Assembly: GCA_040954595.2 (NCBI GenBank)
Contig: CM082587.2
Span: 3,797,993 to 3,861,992, forward strand
From: Balanoglossus misakiensis
Taxonomy: Eukaryota > Animalia > Hemichordata
Reading direction: 5' to 3'
Length of the DNA: 64,000 nt
In this document: positions 47,901-62,400 of the stretch, one piece after another
Layout: each line of letters opens with the position of its first letter
Numbering within the stretch: position 1 is the stretch's first letter
The notes under the pieces: model-generated
Seen by the model: only the letters and a program-made list of their open reading frames with translations
Told to the model about the DNA's origin: nothing
Database searches by the model: none
Translations under genes and position numbers: made by a program

Positions 47901-50900
47901 TATAACCCATGGTTTTTATCCAAAAACCACCAAATTTTGAAATTTCGCGAAGTCGAAAAATTGACATTTCTGGATGATTTTCATGAGCTATAACTCATGG
48001 TTTTTATCCAAAAACCACCAAATTTTGAAATTTCGCGAAGTCGAAAAATTGACATTTCTGGATCATTTTCATGAGCTATAACCCATGGTTTTTATCCAAA
48101 AACCACCAAATTTTGAAATTTCGCGAAGTCGAAAAATTGACATTTCTGGATGATTTTCATGAGCTATAACCCATGGTTTTTATCCAAAAATCACCAAATT
48201 TTGAAATTTCGCGAAGTCGAAAAATTGACATTTCTGGACGATTTTCATGAGCTATAACCCATGGTTTTTATCCAAAAATCACCAAATTTTGAAATTTCGC
48301 GAAGTCGAAAAATTGACATTTCTGGATGATTTTCATGAGCTATAACCCATGGTTTTTATCCAAAAACCACCAAATTTTGAAATTTCGCGAAGTCGAAAAA
48401 TTGACATTTCTGGATGATTTTCATGAGCTATAACCCATGGTTTTTATCCAAAAACCACCAAATTTTGAAATTTCGAGAAGTCGAAAAATTGACATTTCTG
48501 GATGATTTTCATGAGCTATAACCCATGGTTTTTATCCAAAAATCACCAAATTTTGAAATTTCGCGAAGTCGAAAAATTGACATTTCTGGATGATTTTCTT
48601 GAGCTATAACCCATGGTTTTTATCCAAAAATCACCAAATTTTGAAATTTCGCGAAGTCGAAAAATTGACATTTCTGGATGATTTTCATGAGCTATAACCC
48701 ATGGTTTTTATCCAAAAACCACCAAATTTTGAAATTTCGCGAAGTCGAAAAATTGACATTTCTGGATGATTTTCATGAGCTATAACCCATGGTTTTTATC
48801 CAAAAATCACCAAATTTTGAAATTTCGCGAAGTCGAAAAATTGACATTTCTGGATGATTTTCATGAGCTATAACCCATGGTTTTTATCCAAAAATCACCA
48901 AATTTTGAAATTTCGCGAAGTCGAAAAATTGACATTTCTGGATGATTTTCATGAGCTATAACCCATGGTTTTTATCCAAAAACCACCAAATTTTTAAATT
49001 TCGCGAAGTCGAAAAATTGACATTTCTGGATGATTTTCATGAGCTATAACCCATGGTTTTTATCCAAAAACCACCAAATTTTGAAATTTCGCGAAGTCGA
49101 AAAATTGACATTTCTGGATGATTTTCATGAGCTATAACCCATGGTTTTTATCCAAAAATCACCAAATTTTGAAATTTCGCGAAGTCGAAAAATTGACATT
49201 TCTGGATGATTTTCTTGAGCTATAACCCATGGTTTTTATCCAAAAATCACCAAATTTTGAAACTTCGCGAAGTCGAAAAATTGACATTTCTGGATGATTT
49301 TCATGAGCTATAACCCATGGTTTTTATCCAAAAATCACCAAATTTTGAAACTTCGCGAAGTCGAAAAATTGACATTTCTGGATGATTTTCATGAGCTATA
49401 ACCCATGGTTTTTATCCAAAAACCACCAAATTTTGAAATTTCGCGAAGTCGAAAAATTGACATTTCTGGATGATTTTCATGAGCTATAACCCATGGTTTT
49501 TATCCAAAAACCACCAAATTTTGAAATTTCGCGAAGTCGAAAAATTGACATTTCTGGATGATTTTCATGAGCTATAACCCATAGTTTTTATCCAAAAATC
49601 ACCAAATTTTGAAATTTCGCGAAGTCGAAAAATTGACATTTCTGGATGATTTTCATGAGCTATAACCCATGGTTTTTATCCAAAAACCACCAAATTTTGA
49701 AATTTCGCGAAGTCGAAAAATTGACATTTCTGGATGATTTTCATGAGCTATAACCCATGGTTTTTATCCAAAAACCACCAAATTTTGAAATTTCGCGAAG
49801 TCGAAAAATTGACATTTCTGGATGATTTTCTTGAGCTATAACCCATGGTTTTTATCCAAAAACCACCAAATTTTGAAATTTCGCGAAGTCGAAAAATTGA
49901 CATTTCTGGATGATTTTCATGAGCTATAACCCATGGTTTTTATCCAAAAACCACCAAATTTTGAAATTTCGCGAAGTCGAAAAATTGACATTTCTGGATG
50001 ATTTTCATGAGCTATAACCCATGGTTTTTATCCAAAAACCACCAAATTTTGAAATTTCGCGAAGTCGAAAAATTGACATTTCTGGATGATTTTCATGAGC
50101 TATAACTCATGGTTTTTATCCAAAAACCACCAAATTTTGAAATTTCGCGAAGTCGAAAAATTGACATTTCTGGATCATTTTCATGAGCTATAACCCATGG
50201 TTTTTATCCAAAAACCACCAAATTTTGAAATTTCGCGAAGTCGAAAAATTGACATTTCTGGATGATTTTCATGAGCTATAACCCATGGTTTTTATCCAAA
50301 AATCACCAAATTTTGAAATTTCGCGAAGTCGAAAAATTGACATTTCTGGACGATTTTCATGAGCTATAACCCATGGTTTTTATCCAAAAATCACCAAATT
50401 TTGAAATTTCGCGAAGTCGAAAAATTGACATTTCTGGATGATTTTCATGAGCTATAACCCATGGTTTTTATCCAAAAACCACCAAATTTTGAAATTTCGC
50501 GAAGTCGAAAAATTGACATTTCTGGATGATTTTCATGAGCTATAACCCATGGTTTTTATCCAAAAACCACCAAATTTTGAAATTTCGCGAAGTCGAAAAA
50601 TTGACATTTCTGGATGATTTTTATGAGCTATAACCCATGGTTTTTATCCAAAAACCACCAAATTTTGAAATTTCGCGAAGTCGAAAAATTGACATTTCTG
50701 GATGATTTTCATGAGCTATAACCCATGGTTTTTATCCAAAAACCACCAAATTTTGAAATTTCGCGAAGTCGAAAAATTGACATTTCTGGATGATTTTCAT
50801 GAGCTATAACCCATGGTTTTTATCCAAAAATCACCAAATTTTGAAATTTCGCGAAGTCGAAAAATTGACATTTCTGGATGATTTTCATGAGCTATAACCC

Positions 50901-53900
50901 ATGGTTTTTATCCAAAAACCACCAAATTTTGAAATTTCGCGAAGTCGAAAAATTGACATTTCTGGATGATTTTCATGAGCTATAACCCATGGTTTTTATC
51001 CAAAAACCACCAAATTTTGAAACTTCGCGAAGTCGAAAAATTGACATTTCTGGATGATTTTCATGAGCTATAACCCATGGTTTTTATCCAAAAACCATCA
51101 AATTTTTAAATTTCGCGAAGTCGAAAAATTGACATTTCTGGATGATTTTCATGAGCTATAACCCATGGTTTTTATCCAAAAACCACCAAATTTTGAAATT
51201 TCGCGAAGTCGAAAAATTGACATTTCTGGATGATTTTCATGAGCTATAACCCATGGTTTTTATCCAAAAACCACCAAATTTTGAAATTTCGCGAAGTCGA
51301 AAAATTGACATTTCTGGATGATTTTCATGAGCTATAACCCATGGTTTTTATCCAAAAACCACCAAATTTTGAAATTTCGCGAAGTCGAAAAATTGACATT
51401 TCTGGATGATTTTCATGAGCTATAACCCATGGTTTTTATCCAAAAACCACCAAATTTTGAAATTTCGCGAAGTCGAAAAATTGACATTTCTGGATGATTT
51501 TCATGAGCTATAACCCATGGTTTTTATCCAAAAACCACCAAATTTTGAAATTTCGCGAAGTCGAAAAATTGACATTTCTGGATGATTTTCATGAGCTATA
51601 ACCCATGGTTTTTATCCAAAAACCACCAAATTTTGAAATTTCGCGAAGTCGAAAAATTGACATTTCTGGATGATTTTCATGAGCTATAACCCATGGTTTT
51701 TATCCAAAAATCACCAAATTTTGAAATTTCGCGAAGTCGAAAAATTGACATTTCTGGATGATTTTCATGAGCTATAACCCATGGTTTTTATCCAAAAATC
51801 ACCAAATTTTGAAACTTCGCGAAGTCGAAAAATTGACATTTCTGGATGATTTTCATGAGCTATAACCCATGGTTTTTATCCAAAAATCACCAAATTTTGA
51901 AATTTCGCGAAGTCGAAAAATTGACATTTCTGGATGATTTTCATGAGCTATAACCCATGGTTTTTATCCAAAAACCACCAAATTTTGAAATTTCGCGAAG
52001 TCGAAAAATTGACATTTCTGGATGATTTTCATGAGCTATAACCCATGGTTTTTATCCAAAAACCACCAAATTTTGAAATTTCGCGAAGTCGAAAAATTGA
52101 CATTTCTGGATGATTTTCATGAGCTATAACCCATGGTTTTTATCCAAAAACCACCAAATTTTGAAATTTCGCGAAGTCGAAAAATTGACATTTCTGGATG
52201 ATTTTCATGAGCTATAACCCATGGTTTTTATCCAAAAACCACCAAATTTTGAAATTTCGCGAAGTCGAAAAATTGACATTTCTGGATGATTTTCATGAGC
52301 TATAACCCATGGTTTTTATCCAAAAACCACCAAATTTTGAAATTTCGCGAAGTCGAAAAATTGACATTTCTGGATGATTTTCATGAGCTATAACCCATGG
52401 TTTTTATCCAAAAACCACCAAATTTTGAAATTTCGCGAAGTCGAAAAATTGACATTTCTGGATGATTTTCATGAGCTATAACCCATGGTTTTTATCCAAA
52501 AACCACCAAATTTTTAAATTTCGCGAAGTCGAAAAATTGACATTTCTGGATGATTTTCATGAGCTATAACCCATGGTTTTTATCCAAAAACCACCAAATT
52601 TTGAAATTTCGCGAAGTCGAAAAATTGACATTTCTGGATGATTTTCATGAGCTATAACCCATGGTTTTTATCCAAAAATCACCAAATTTTGAAATTTCGC
52701 GAAGTCGAAAAATTGACATTTCTGGATGATTTTCATGAGCTATAACTCATGGTTTTTATCCAAAAATCACCAAATTTTGAAATTTCGCGAAGTCGAAAAA
52801 TTGACATTTCTGGATGATTTTCATGAGCTATAACCCATGGTTTTTATCCAAAAACCACCAAATTTTGAAACTTCGCGAAGTCGAAAAATTGACATTTCTG
52901 GATGATTTTCATGAGCTATAACCCATGGTTTTTATCCAAAAACCATCAAATTTTTAAATTTCGCGAAGTCGAAAAATTGACATTTCTGGATGATTTTCAT
53001 GAGCTATAACCCATGGTTTTTATCCAAAAACCACCAAATTTTTAAATTTCGCGAAGTCGAAAAATTGACATTTCTGGATGATTTTCATGAGCTATAACCC
53101 ATGGTTTTTATCCAAAAACCACCAAATTTTGAAATTTCGCGAAGTCGAAAAATTGACATTTCTGGATGATTTTCATGAGCTATAACCCATGGTTTTTATC
53201 CAAAAACCACCAAATTTTGAAATTTCGCGAAGTCGAAAAATTGACATTTCTGGATGATTTTCATGAGCTATAACCCATGGTTTTTATCCAAAAACCACCA
53301 AATTTTGAAATTTCGCGAAGTCGAAAAATTGACATTTCTGGATGATTTTCATGAGCTATAACCCATGGTTTTTATCCAAAAACCACCAAATTTTGAAATT
53401 TCGCGAAGTCGAAAAATTGACATTTCTGGATGATTTTCATGAGCTATAACCCATGGTTTTTATCCAAAAACCACCAAATTTTGAAATTTCGCGAAGTCGA
53501 AAAATTGACATTTCTGGATGATTTTCATGAGCTATAACCCATGGTTTTTATCCAAAAATCACCAAATTTTGAAATTTCGCGAAGTCGAAAAATTGACATT
53601 TCTGGATGATTTTCATGAGCTATAACCCATGGTTTTTATCCAAAAATCACCAAATTTTGAAACTTCGCGAAGTCGAAAAATTGACATTTCTGGATGATTT
53701 TCATGAGCTATAACCCATGGTTTTTATCCAAAAATCACCAAATTTTGAAATTTCGCGAAGTCGAAAAATTGACATTTCTGGATGATTTTCATGAGCTATA
53801 ACCCATGGTTTTTATCCAAAAACCACCAAATTTTGAAATTTCGCGAAGTCGAAAAATTGACATTTCTGGATGATTTTCATGAGCTATAACCCATGGTTTT

Positions 53901-56900
53901 TATCCAAAAACCACCAAATTTTGAAATTTCGCGAAGTCGAAAAATTGACATTTCTGGATGATTTTCATGAGCTATAACCCATGGTTTTTATCCAAAAACC
54001 ACCAAATTTTGAAATTTCGCGAAGTCGAAAAATTGACATTTCTGGATGATTTTCATGAGCTATAACCCATGGTTTTTATCCAAAAACCACCAAATTTTGA
54101 AATTTCGCGAAGTCGAAAAATTGACATTTCTGGATGATTTTCATGAGCTATAACCCATGGTTTTTATCCAAAAACCACCAAATTTTGAAATTTCGCGAAG
54201 TCGAAAAATTGACATTTCTGGATGATTTTCATGAGCTATAACCCATGGTTTTTATCCAAAAACCACCAAATTTTGAAATTTCGCGAAGTCGAAAAATTGA
54301 CATTTCTGGATGATTTTCATGAGCTATAACCCATGGTTTTTATCCAAAAACCACCAAATTTTTAAATTTCGCGAAGTCGAAAAATTGACATTTCTGGATG
54401 ATTTTCATGAGCTATAACCCATGGTTTTTATCCAAAAACCACCAAATTTTGAAATTTCGCGAAGTCGAAAAATTGACATTTCTGGATGATTTTCATGAGC
54501 TATAACCCATGGTTTTTATCCAAAAATCACCAAATTTTGAAATTTCGCGAAGTCGAAAAATTGACATTTCTGGATGATTTTCATGAGCTATAACTCATGG
54601 TTTTTATCCAAAAATCACCAAATTTTGAAATTTCGCGAAGTCGAAAAATTGACATTTCTGGATGATTTTCATGAGCTATAACCCATGGTTTTTTTCCGAA
54701 AATCACCAAATTTTGAAATTTCGCGAAGTCGAAAAATTGACATTTCTGGACGATTTTCATGAGCTATAACCCATGGTTTTTATCCAAAAACCACCAAATT
54801 TTGAAACTTCGCGAAGTCGAAAAAATGACATTTCTGGATGATTTTCATGAGCTATAACCCATGGTTTTATCCAAAAACCATCAAATTTTTAAATTTCGCG
54901 AAGTCGAAAAATTGACATTTCTGGATGATTTTCATGAGCTATAACCCATGGTTTTTATCCAAAAACCACCAAATTTTGAAATTTCGCGAAGTCGAAAAAT
55001 TGACATTTCTGGATGATTTTCATGAGCTATAACCCATGGTTTTTATCCAAAAACCACCAAATTTTGAAATTTCGCGAAGTCGAAAAATTGACATTTCTGG
55101 ATGATTTTCATGAGCTATAACCCATGGTTTTTATCCAAAAACCACCAAATTTTGAAATTTCGCGAAGTCGAAAAATTGACATTTCTGGATGATTTTCATG
55201 AGCTATAACCCATGGTTTTTATCCAAAAACCACCAAATTTTGAAATTTCGCGAAGTCGAAAAATTGACATTTCTGGATGATTTTCATGAGCTATAACCCA
55301 TGGTTTTTATCCAAAAACCACCAAATTTTGAAATTTCGCGAAGTCGAAAAATTGACATTTCTGGATGATTTTCATGAGCTATAACCCATGGTTTTTATCC
55401 CAAAACCACCAAATTTTGAAATTTCGCGAAGTCGAAAAATTGACATTTCTGGATGATTTTCATGAGCTATAACCCATGGTTTTTATCCAAAAATCACCAA
55501 ATTTTGAAATTTCGCGAAGTCGAAAAATTGACATTTCTGGATGATTTTCATGAGCTATAACTCATGGTTTTTATCCAAAAATCACCAAATTTTGAAATTT
55601 CGCGAAGTCGAAAAATTGACATTTCTGGATGATTTTCATGAGCTATAACCCATGGTTTTTTTCCGAAAATCACCAAATTTTGAAATTTCGCGAAGTCGAA
55701 AAATTGACATTTCTGGACGATTTTCATGAGCTATAACCCATGGTTTTTATCCGAAAACCACCAAATTTTGAAATTTCGCGAAGTCGAAAAATTGACATTT
55801 CTGGACGATTTTTATGAGCTATAACCCATGGTTTTTATCCGAAAACCACCAAATTTTGAAATTTCGCGAAGTCGAAAAATTGACATTTCTGGACGATTTT
55901 CATGAGCTATAACCCATGGTTTTTATCCAAAAACCACCAAATTTTGAAATTTCGCGAAGTCGAAAAATTGACATTTCTGGATGATTTTCATGAGCTATAA
56001 CCCATGGTTTTTATCCAAAAACCACCAAATTTTGAAATTTCGCAAAGTCGAAAAATTGACATTTCTGGACGATTTTCATGAGCTATAACCCATGGTTTTT
56101 ATCCAAAAACCACCAAATTTTGAAATTTCGCGAAGTCGAAAAATTGACATTTCTGGATGATTTTCATGAGCTATAACCCATGGTTTTTATCCAAAAACCA
56201 CCAAATTTTGAAATTTCGCGAAGTCGAAAAATTGACATTTCTGGATGATTTTCATGAGCTATAACCCATGGTTTTTATCCAAAAACCACCAAATTTTGAA
56301 ATTTCACGAAGTCGAAAAATTGACATTTCTGGATGATTTTCATGAGCTATAACCCATGGTTTTTATCCAAAAACCACCAAATTTTGAAATTTCGCGAAGT
56401 CGAAAAATTGACATTTCTGGATGATTTTCATGAGCTATAACCCATGGTTTTTATCAAAAAACCACCAAAATTTGAAATTTCGCGAAGTCGAAAAATTGAC
56501 ATTTCTGGATGATTTTCATGAGCTATAACCCATGGTTTTTATCCAAAAACCACCAAATTTTGAAATTTCGCGAAGTCGAAAAATTGACATTTCTGGATGA
56601 TTTTCATGAGCTATAACCCATGGTTTTTATCCAAAAACCACCAAATTTTGAAATTTCGCGAAGTCGAAAAATTGACATTTCTGGATGATTTTCATGAGCT
56701 ATAACCCATAGTTTTTATCCAAAAACCACCAAATTTTGAAATTTCGCGAAGTCGAAAAATTGACATTTCAGGATGATTTTCATGAGCTATAACCCATGGT
56801 TTTTATCCAAAAACCACCAAATTTTGAAATTTCGCGAAGTCGAAAAATTGACATTTCTGGATGATTTTCATGAGCTATAACCCATGGTTTTTATCCAAAA

Positions 56901-59467
56901 ACCACCAAATTTCGAAATTTCGCGAAGTCGAAAAATTGACATTTCTGGATGATTTTCATGAGCTATAACCCATGGTTTTTATCCAAAAACCACCAAATTT
57001 TGAAATTTCGCGAAGTCGAAAAATTGACATTTCTGGATGATTTTCATGAGCTATAACCCATGGTTTTTATCCAAAAACCACCAAATTTTGAAATTTCGCG
57101 AAGTCGAAAAATTGACATTTCTGGATGATTTTCATGAGCTATAACCCATGGTTTTTATCCAAAAACCACCAAATTTTGAAATTTCGCGAAGTCGAAAAAT
57201 TGACATTTCTGGATGATTTTCATGAGCTATAACCCATGGTTTTTATCCAAAAACCACCAAATTTTGAAATTTCGCGAAGTCGAAAAATTGACATTTCTGG
57301 ATGATTTTCATGAGCTATAACCCATGGTTTTTTATCCAAAAACCACCAAATTTTGAAATTTCGCGAAGTCGAAAAATTGACATTTCTGGATGATTTTCAT
57401 GAGCTATAACCCATGGTTTTTATCCAAAAACCACCAAATTTTGAAATTTCGCGAAGTCGAAAAATTGACATTTCTGGATGATTTTCATGAGCTAGAACCC
57501 ATGGTTTTTATCCAAAAACCACCAAATTTTGAAATTTCGCGAAGTCGAAAAATTGACATTTCTGGATGATTTTCATGAGCTATAACCCATGGTTTTTATC
57601 CAAAAACCACCAAATTTTGAAATTTCGCGAAGTCGAAAAATTGACATTTCTGGATGATTTTCATGAGCTATAACCCATGGTTTTTATCCAAAAACCACCA
57701 AATTTTGAAATTTCGCGAAGTCGAAAAATTGACATTTCTGGATGATTTTCATGAGCTATAACCCATGGTTTTTATCCAAAAACCACCAAATTTTGAAATT
57801 TCGCGAAGTCGAAAAATTGACATTTCTGGATGATTTTCATGAGCTATAACCCATGGTTTTTATCCAAAAACCACCAAATTTTGAAATTTCGCGAAGTCGA
57901 AAAATTGACATTTCTGGATGATTTTCATGAGCTATAACCCATGGTTTTTATCCAAAAACCACCAAATTTTGAAATTTCGCGAAGTCGAAAAATTGACATT
58001 TCTGGATGATTTTCATGAGCTATAACCCATGGTTTTTATCCAAAAACCACCAAATTTTGAAATTTCGCGAAGTCGAAAAATTGACATTTCTGGATGATTT
58101 TCATGAGCTATAACCCATGGTTTTTATCCAAAAACCACCAAATTTTGAAATTTCGCGAAGTCGAAAAATTGACATTTCTGGATGATTTTCATGAGCTATA
58201 ACCCATGGTTTTTATCCAAAAACCACCAAATTTTGAAATTTCGCGAAGTCGAAAAATTGACATTTCTGGATGATTTTCATGAGCTATAACCCATGGTTTT
58301 TATCCAAAAACCACCAAATTTTGAAATTTCGCGAAGTCGAAAAATTGACATTTCTGGATGATTTTCATGAGCTATAACCCATGGTTTTATCCAAAAACCA
58401 CCAAATTTTGAAATTTCGCGAAGTCGAAAAATTGACATTTCTGGATGATTTTCATGAGCTATAACCCATGGTTTTTATCCAAAAACCACCAAATTTTGAA
58501 ATTTCGCGAAGTCGAAAAATTGACATTTCTGGATGATTTTCATGAGCTATAACCCATGGTTTTTATCCAAAAACCACCAAATTTTGAAATTTCGCGAAGT
58601 CGAAAAATTGACATTTCTGGATGATTTTCATGAGCTATAACCCATGGTTTTTATCCAAAAACCACCAAATTTTGAAATTTCGCGAAGTCGAAAAATTGAC
58701 ATTTCTGGATGATTTTCATGAGCTATAACCCATGGTTTTTATCCAAAAACCACCAAATTTTGAAATTTCGCGAAGTCGAAAAATTGACATTTCTGGATGA
58801 TTTTCATGAGCTATAACCCATGGTTTTTATCCAAAAACCACCAAATTTTGAAATTTCGCGAAGTCGAAAAATTGACATTTCTGGATGATTTTCATGAGCT
58901 ATAACCCATGGTTTTTATCCAAAAACCACCAAATTTTGAAATTTGCGTGAAGTCGAAAAATTGACATTTCTGGATGATTTTCATGAGCTATAACCCATGG
59001 TTTTTATCCAAAAACCACCAAATTTTGAAATTTCGCGAAGTCGAAAAATTGACATTTCTGGATGATTTTCATGAGCTATAACCCATGGTTTTTATCCAAA
59101 AACCACCAAATTTTGAAATTTCGCGAAGTCGAAAAATTGACATTTCTGGATGATTTTCATGAGCTATAACCCATGGTTTTTATCCAAAAACCACCAAATT
59201 TTGAAATTTCGCGAAGTCGAAAAATTGACATTTCTGGATGATTTTCATGAGCTATAACCCATGGTTTTTATCCAAAAACCACCAAATTTCGAAATTTCGC
59301 GAAGTCGAAAAATTGACATTTCTGGATGATTTTCATGAGCTATAACCCATGGTTTTTATCCAAAAATCACCAAATTTCGAAATTTCGCGAAGTCGAAAAA
59401 TTGACATTTCTGGATGATTTTCATGAGCTATAACCCATGGTTTTTATCCAAAAACCACCAAATTTCG
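44941..59467 (+). repeat. 88-bp satellite tandem array, forward-oriented arm (~165 monomers)
   Basis: Consensus GAAATTTCGCGAAGTCGAAAAATTGACATTTCTGGATGATTTTCATGAGCTATAACCCATGGTTTTTATCCAAAAACCACCAAATTTT. The period is confirmed by line registers recurring every 1320 bp (15 x 88). Most monomers differ from the consensus at 0-2 sites. Confidence 0.98.
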
Positions 59468-62400
59468 CGAAATTTCAAAATTTGGTGGTTTTGTGATAAA
59501 AACCATGGGTTATAGCTCATGAAAATCATCCAGAAATGTCAATTTTTCGACTTCGCGAAATTTCAAAATTTGGTGGTTTTTGGATAAAAACCATGGGTTA
59601 TAGCTCATGAAAATCATCCAGAAATGTCAATTTTTCGACTTCGCGAAATTTCAAAATTTGGTGGTTTTTGGATAAAAACCATGGGTTATAGCTCATGAAA
59701 ATCATCCAGAAATGTCAATTTTTCGACTTCGCGAAATTTCAAAATTTGGTGGTTTTTGGATAAAAACCATGGGTTATAGCTCATGAAAATCATCCAGAAA
59801 TGTCAATTTTTCGACTTCGCGAAATTTCAAAATTTGGTGGTTTTTTGATAAAAACCATGGGTTATAGCTCATGAAAATCATCCAGAAATGTCAATTTTTC
59901 GACTTCGCGAAATTTCAAAATTTGGTGGTTTTTGGATAAAAACCATGGGTTATAGCTCATGAAAATCATCCAGAAATGTCAATTTTTCGACTTCGCGAAA
60001 TTTCAAAATTTGGTGATTTTTGGATAAAAACCATGAGTTATAGCTCATGAAAATCATCCAGAAATGTCAATTTTTCGACTTCGCGAAATTTCAAAATTTG
60101 GTGATTTCTGGATAAAAACCATGGGTTATAGCTCATGAAAATCATCCAGAAATGTCAATTTTTCGACTTCGCGAAATTTCAAAATTTGGTGGTTTTTGGA
60201 TAAAAACCATGGGTTATAGCTCATGAAAATCATCCAGAAATGTTAATTTTTCGACTTCGCGAAATTTCAAAATTTTGTGGTTTTTGGATAAAAACCATGG
60301 GTTATAGCTCATGAAAATCATCCAGAAATGTCAATTTTTCGACTTCGCGAAATTTCAAAATTTGGTGGTTTTTGGATAAAAACCATGGGTTATAGCTCAT
60401 GAAAATCATCCAGAAATGTCAATTTTTTCGACTTCGCGAAATTTCAAAATTTGGTGGTTTTTGGATAAAAACCATGGGTTATAGCTCATGAAAATCATCC
60501 AGAAATGTCAATTTTTCGACTTCGCGAAATTTCAAAATTTGGTGGTTTTTGGATAAAAACCATGGGTTATAGCTCATGAAAATCATCCAGAAATGTCAAT
60601 TTTTCGACTTCGCGAAATTTCAAAATTTGGTGATTTTTGGATAAAAACCATGGGTTATAGCTCATGAAAATCATCCAGAAATGTCAATTTTTCGACTTCG
60701 CGAAATTTCAAAATTTGGTGGTTTTTGGATAAAAACCATGGGTTATAGCTCATGAAAATCATCCAGAAATGTCAATTTTTCGACTTCGCGAAATTTCAAA
60801 ATTTGGTGGTTTTTGGATAAAAACCATGGGTTATAGCTCATGAAAATCATCCAGAAATGTCAATTTTTCGACTTCGCGAAATTTCAAAATTTGGTGGTTT
60901 TTGGATAAAAACCATGGGTTATAGCTCATGAAAATCATCCAGAAATGTCAATTTTTCGACTTCGCGAAATTTCAAAATTTGGTGATTTTTGGATAAAAAC
61001 CATGGGTTATAGCTCATGAAAATCATCCAGAAATGTCAATTTTTCGACTTCGCGAAATTTCAAAATTTGGTGGTTTTTGGATAAAAACCATGGGTTATAG
61101 CTCATGAAAATCATCCAGAAATGTCAATTTTTCGACTTCGCGAAATTTCAAAATTTGGTGATTTTTGGATATAAACCATGGGTTATAGCTCATGAAAATC
61201 ATCCAGAAATGTCAATTTTTCGACTTCGCGAAATTTCAAAATTTTGGTGATTTCTGGATAAAAACCATGGGTTATAGCTCATGAAAATCATCCAGAAATG
61301 TCAATTTTTCGACTTCGCGAAATTTCAAAATTTGGTGATTTCTGGATAAAAACCATGGGTTATAGCTCATGAAAATCATCCAGAAATGTCAATTTTTCGA
61401 CTTCGCGAAATTTCAAAATTTGGTGGTTTTTGGATAAAAACCATGGGTTATAGCTCATGAAAATCATCCAGAAATGTTAATTTTTCGACTTCGCGAAATT
61501 TCAAAATTTGGTGGTTTTTGGATAAAAACCATGGGTTATAGCTCATGAAAATCATCCAGAAATGTCAATTTTTCGACTTCGCGAAATTTCAAAATTTGGT
61601 GGTTTTTGGATAAAAACCATGGGTTATAGCTCATGAAAATCATCCAGAAATGTCAATTTTTCGACTTCGCGAAATTTCAAAATTTGGTGGTTTTTGGATA
61701 AAAACCATGGGTTATAGCTCATGAAAATCATCCAGAAATGTCAATTTTTCGACTTCGCGAAATTTCAAAATTTGGTGGTTTTTGGATAAAAACCATGGGT
61801 TATAGCTCATGAAAATCATCCAGAAATGTCAATTTTTCGACTTCGCGAAATTTCAAAATTTGGTGGTTTTTGGATAAAAACCATGGGTTATAGCTCATGA
61901 AAATCATCCAGAAATGTCAATTTTTCGACTTCGCGAAATTTCAAAATTTGGTGGTTTTTGGATAAAAACCATGGGTTATAGCTCATGAAAATCATCCAGA
62001 AATGTCAATTTTTCGACTTCGCGAAATTTCAAAATTTGGTGGTTTTTGGATAAAAACCATGGGTTATAGCTCATGAAAATCATCCAGAAATGTCAATTTT
62101 TCGACTTCGCGAAATTTCAAAATTTGGTGGTTTTTGGATAAAAACCATGGGTTATAGCTCATGAAAATCATCCAGAAATGTCAATTTTTCGACTTCGCGA
62201 AATTTCAAAATTTGGTGGTTTTTGGATAAAAACCATGGGTTATAGCTCATGAAAATCATCCAGAAATGTCAATTTTTCGACTTCGCGAAATTTCAAAATT
62301 TGGTGGTTTTTGGATAAAAACCATGGGTTATAGCTCATGAAAATCATCCAGAAATGTCAATTTTTCGACTTCGCGAAATTTCAAAATTTGGTGGTTTTTG

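Noticed and set aside
59460-59475. Inversion as a simple fold-back sequencing artefact
   Set aside because: Monomer variants on the two arms do not mirror each other and the junction is asymmetric by 8 nt. An artefact is therefore disfavoured, though not excluded without reads.
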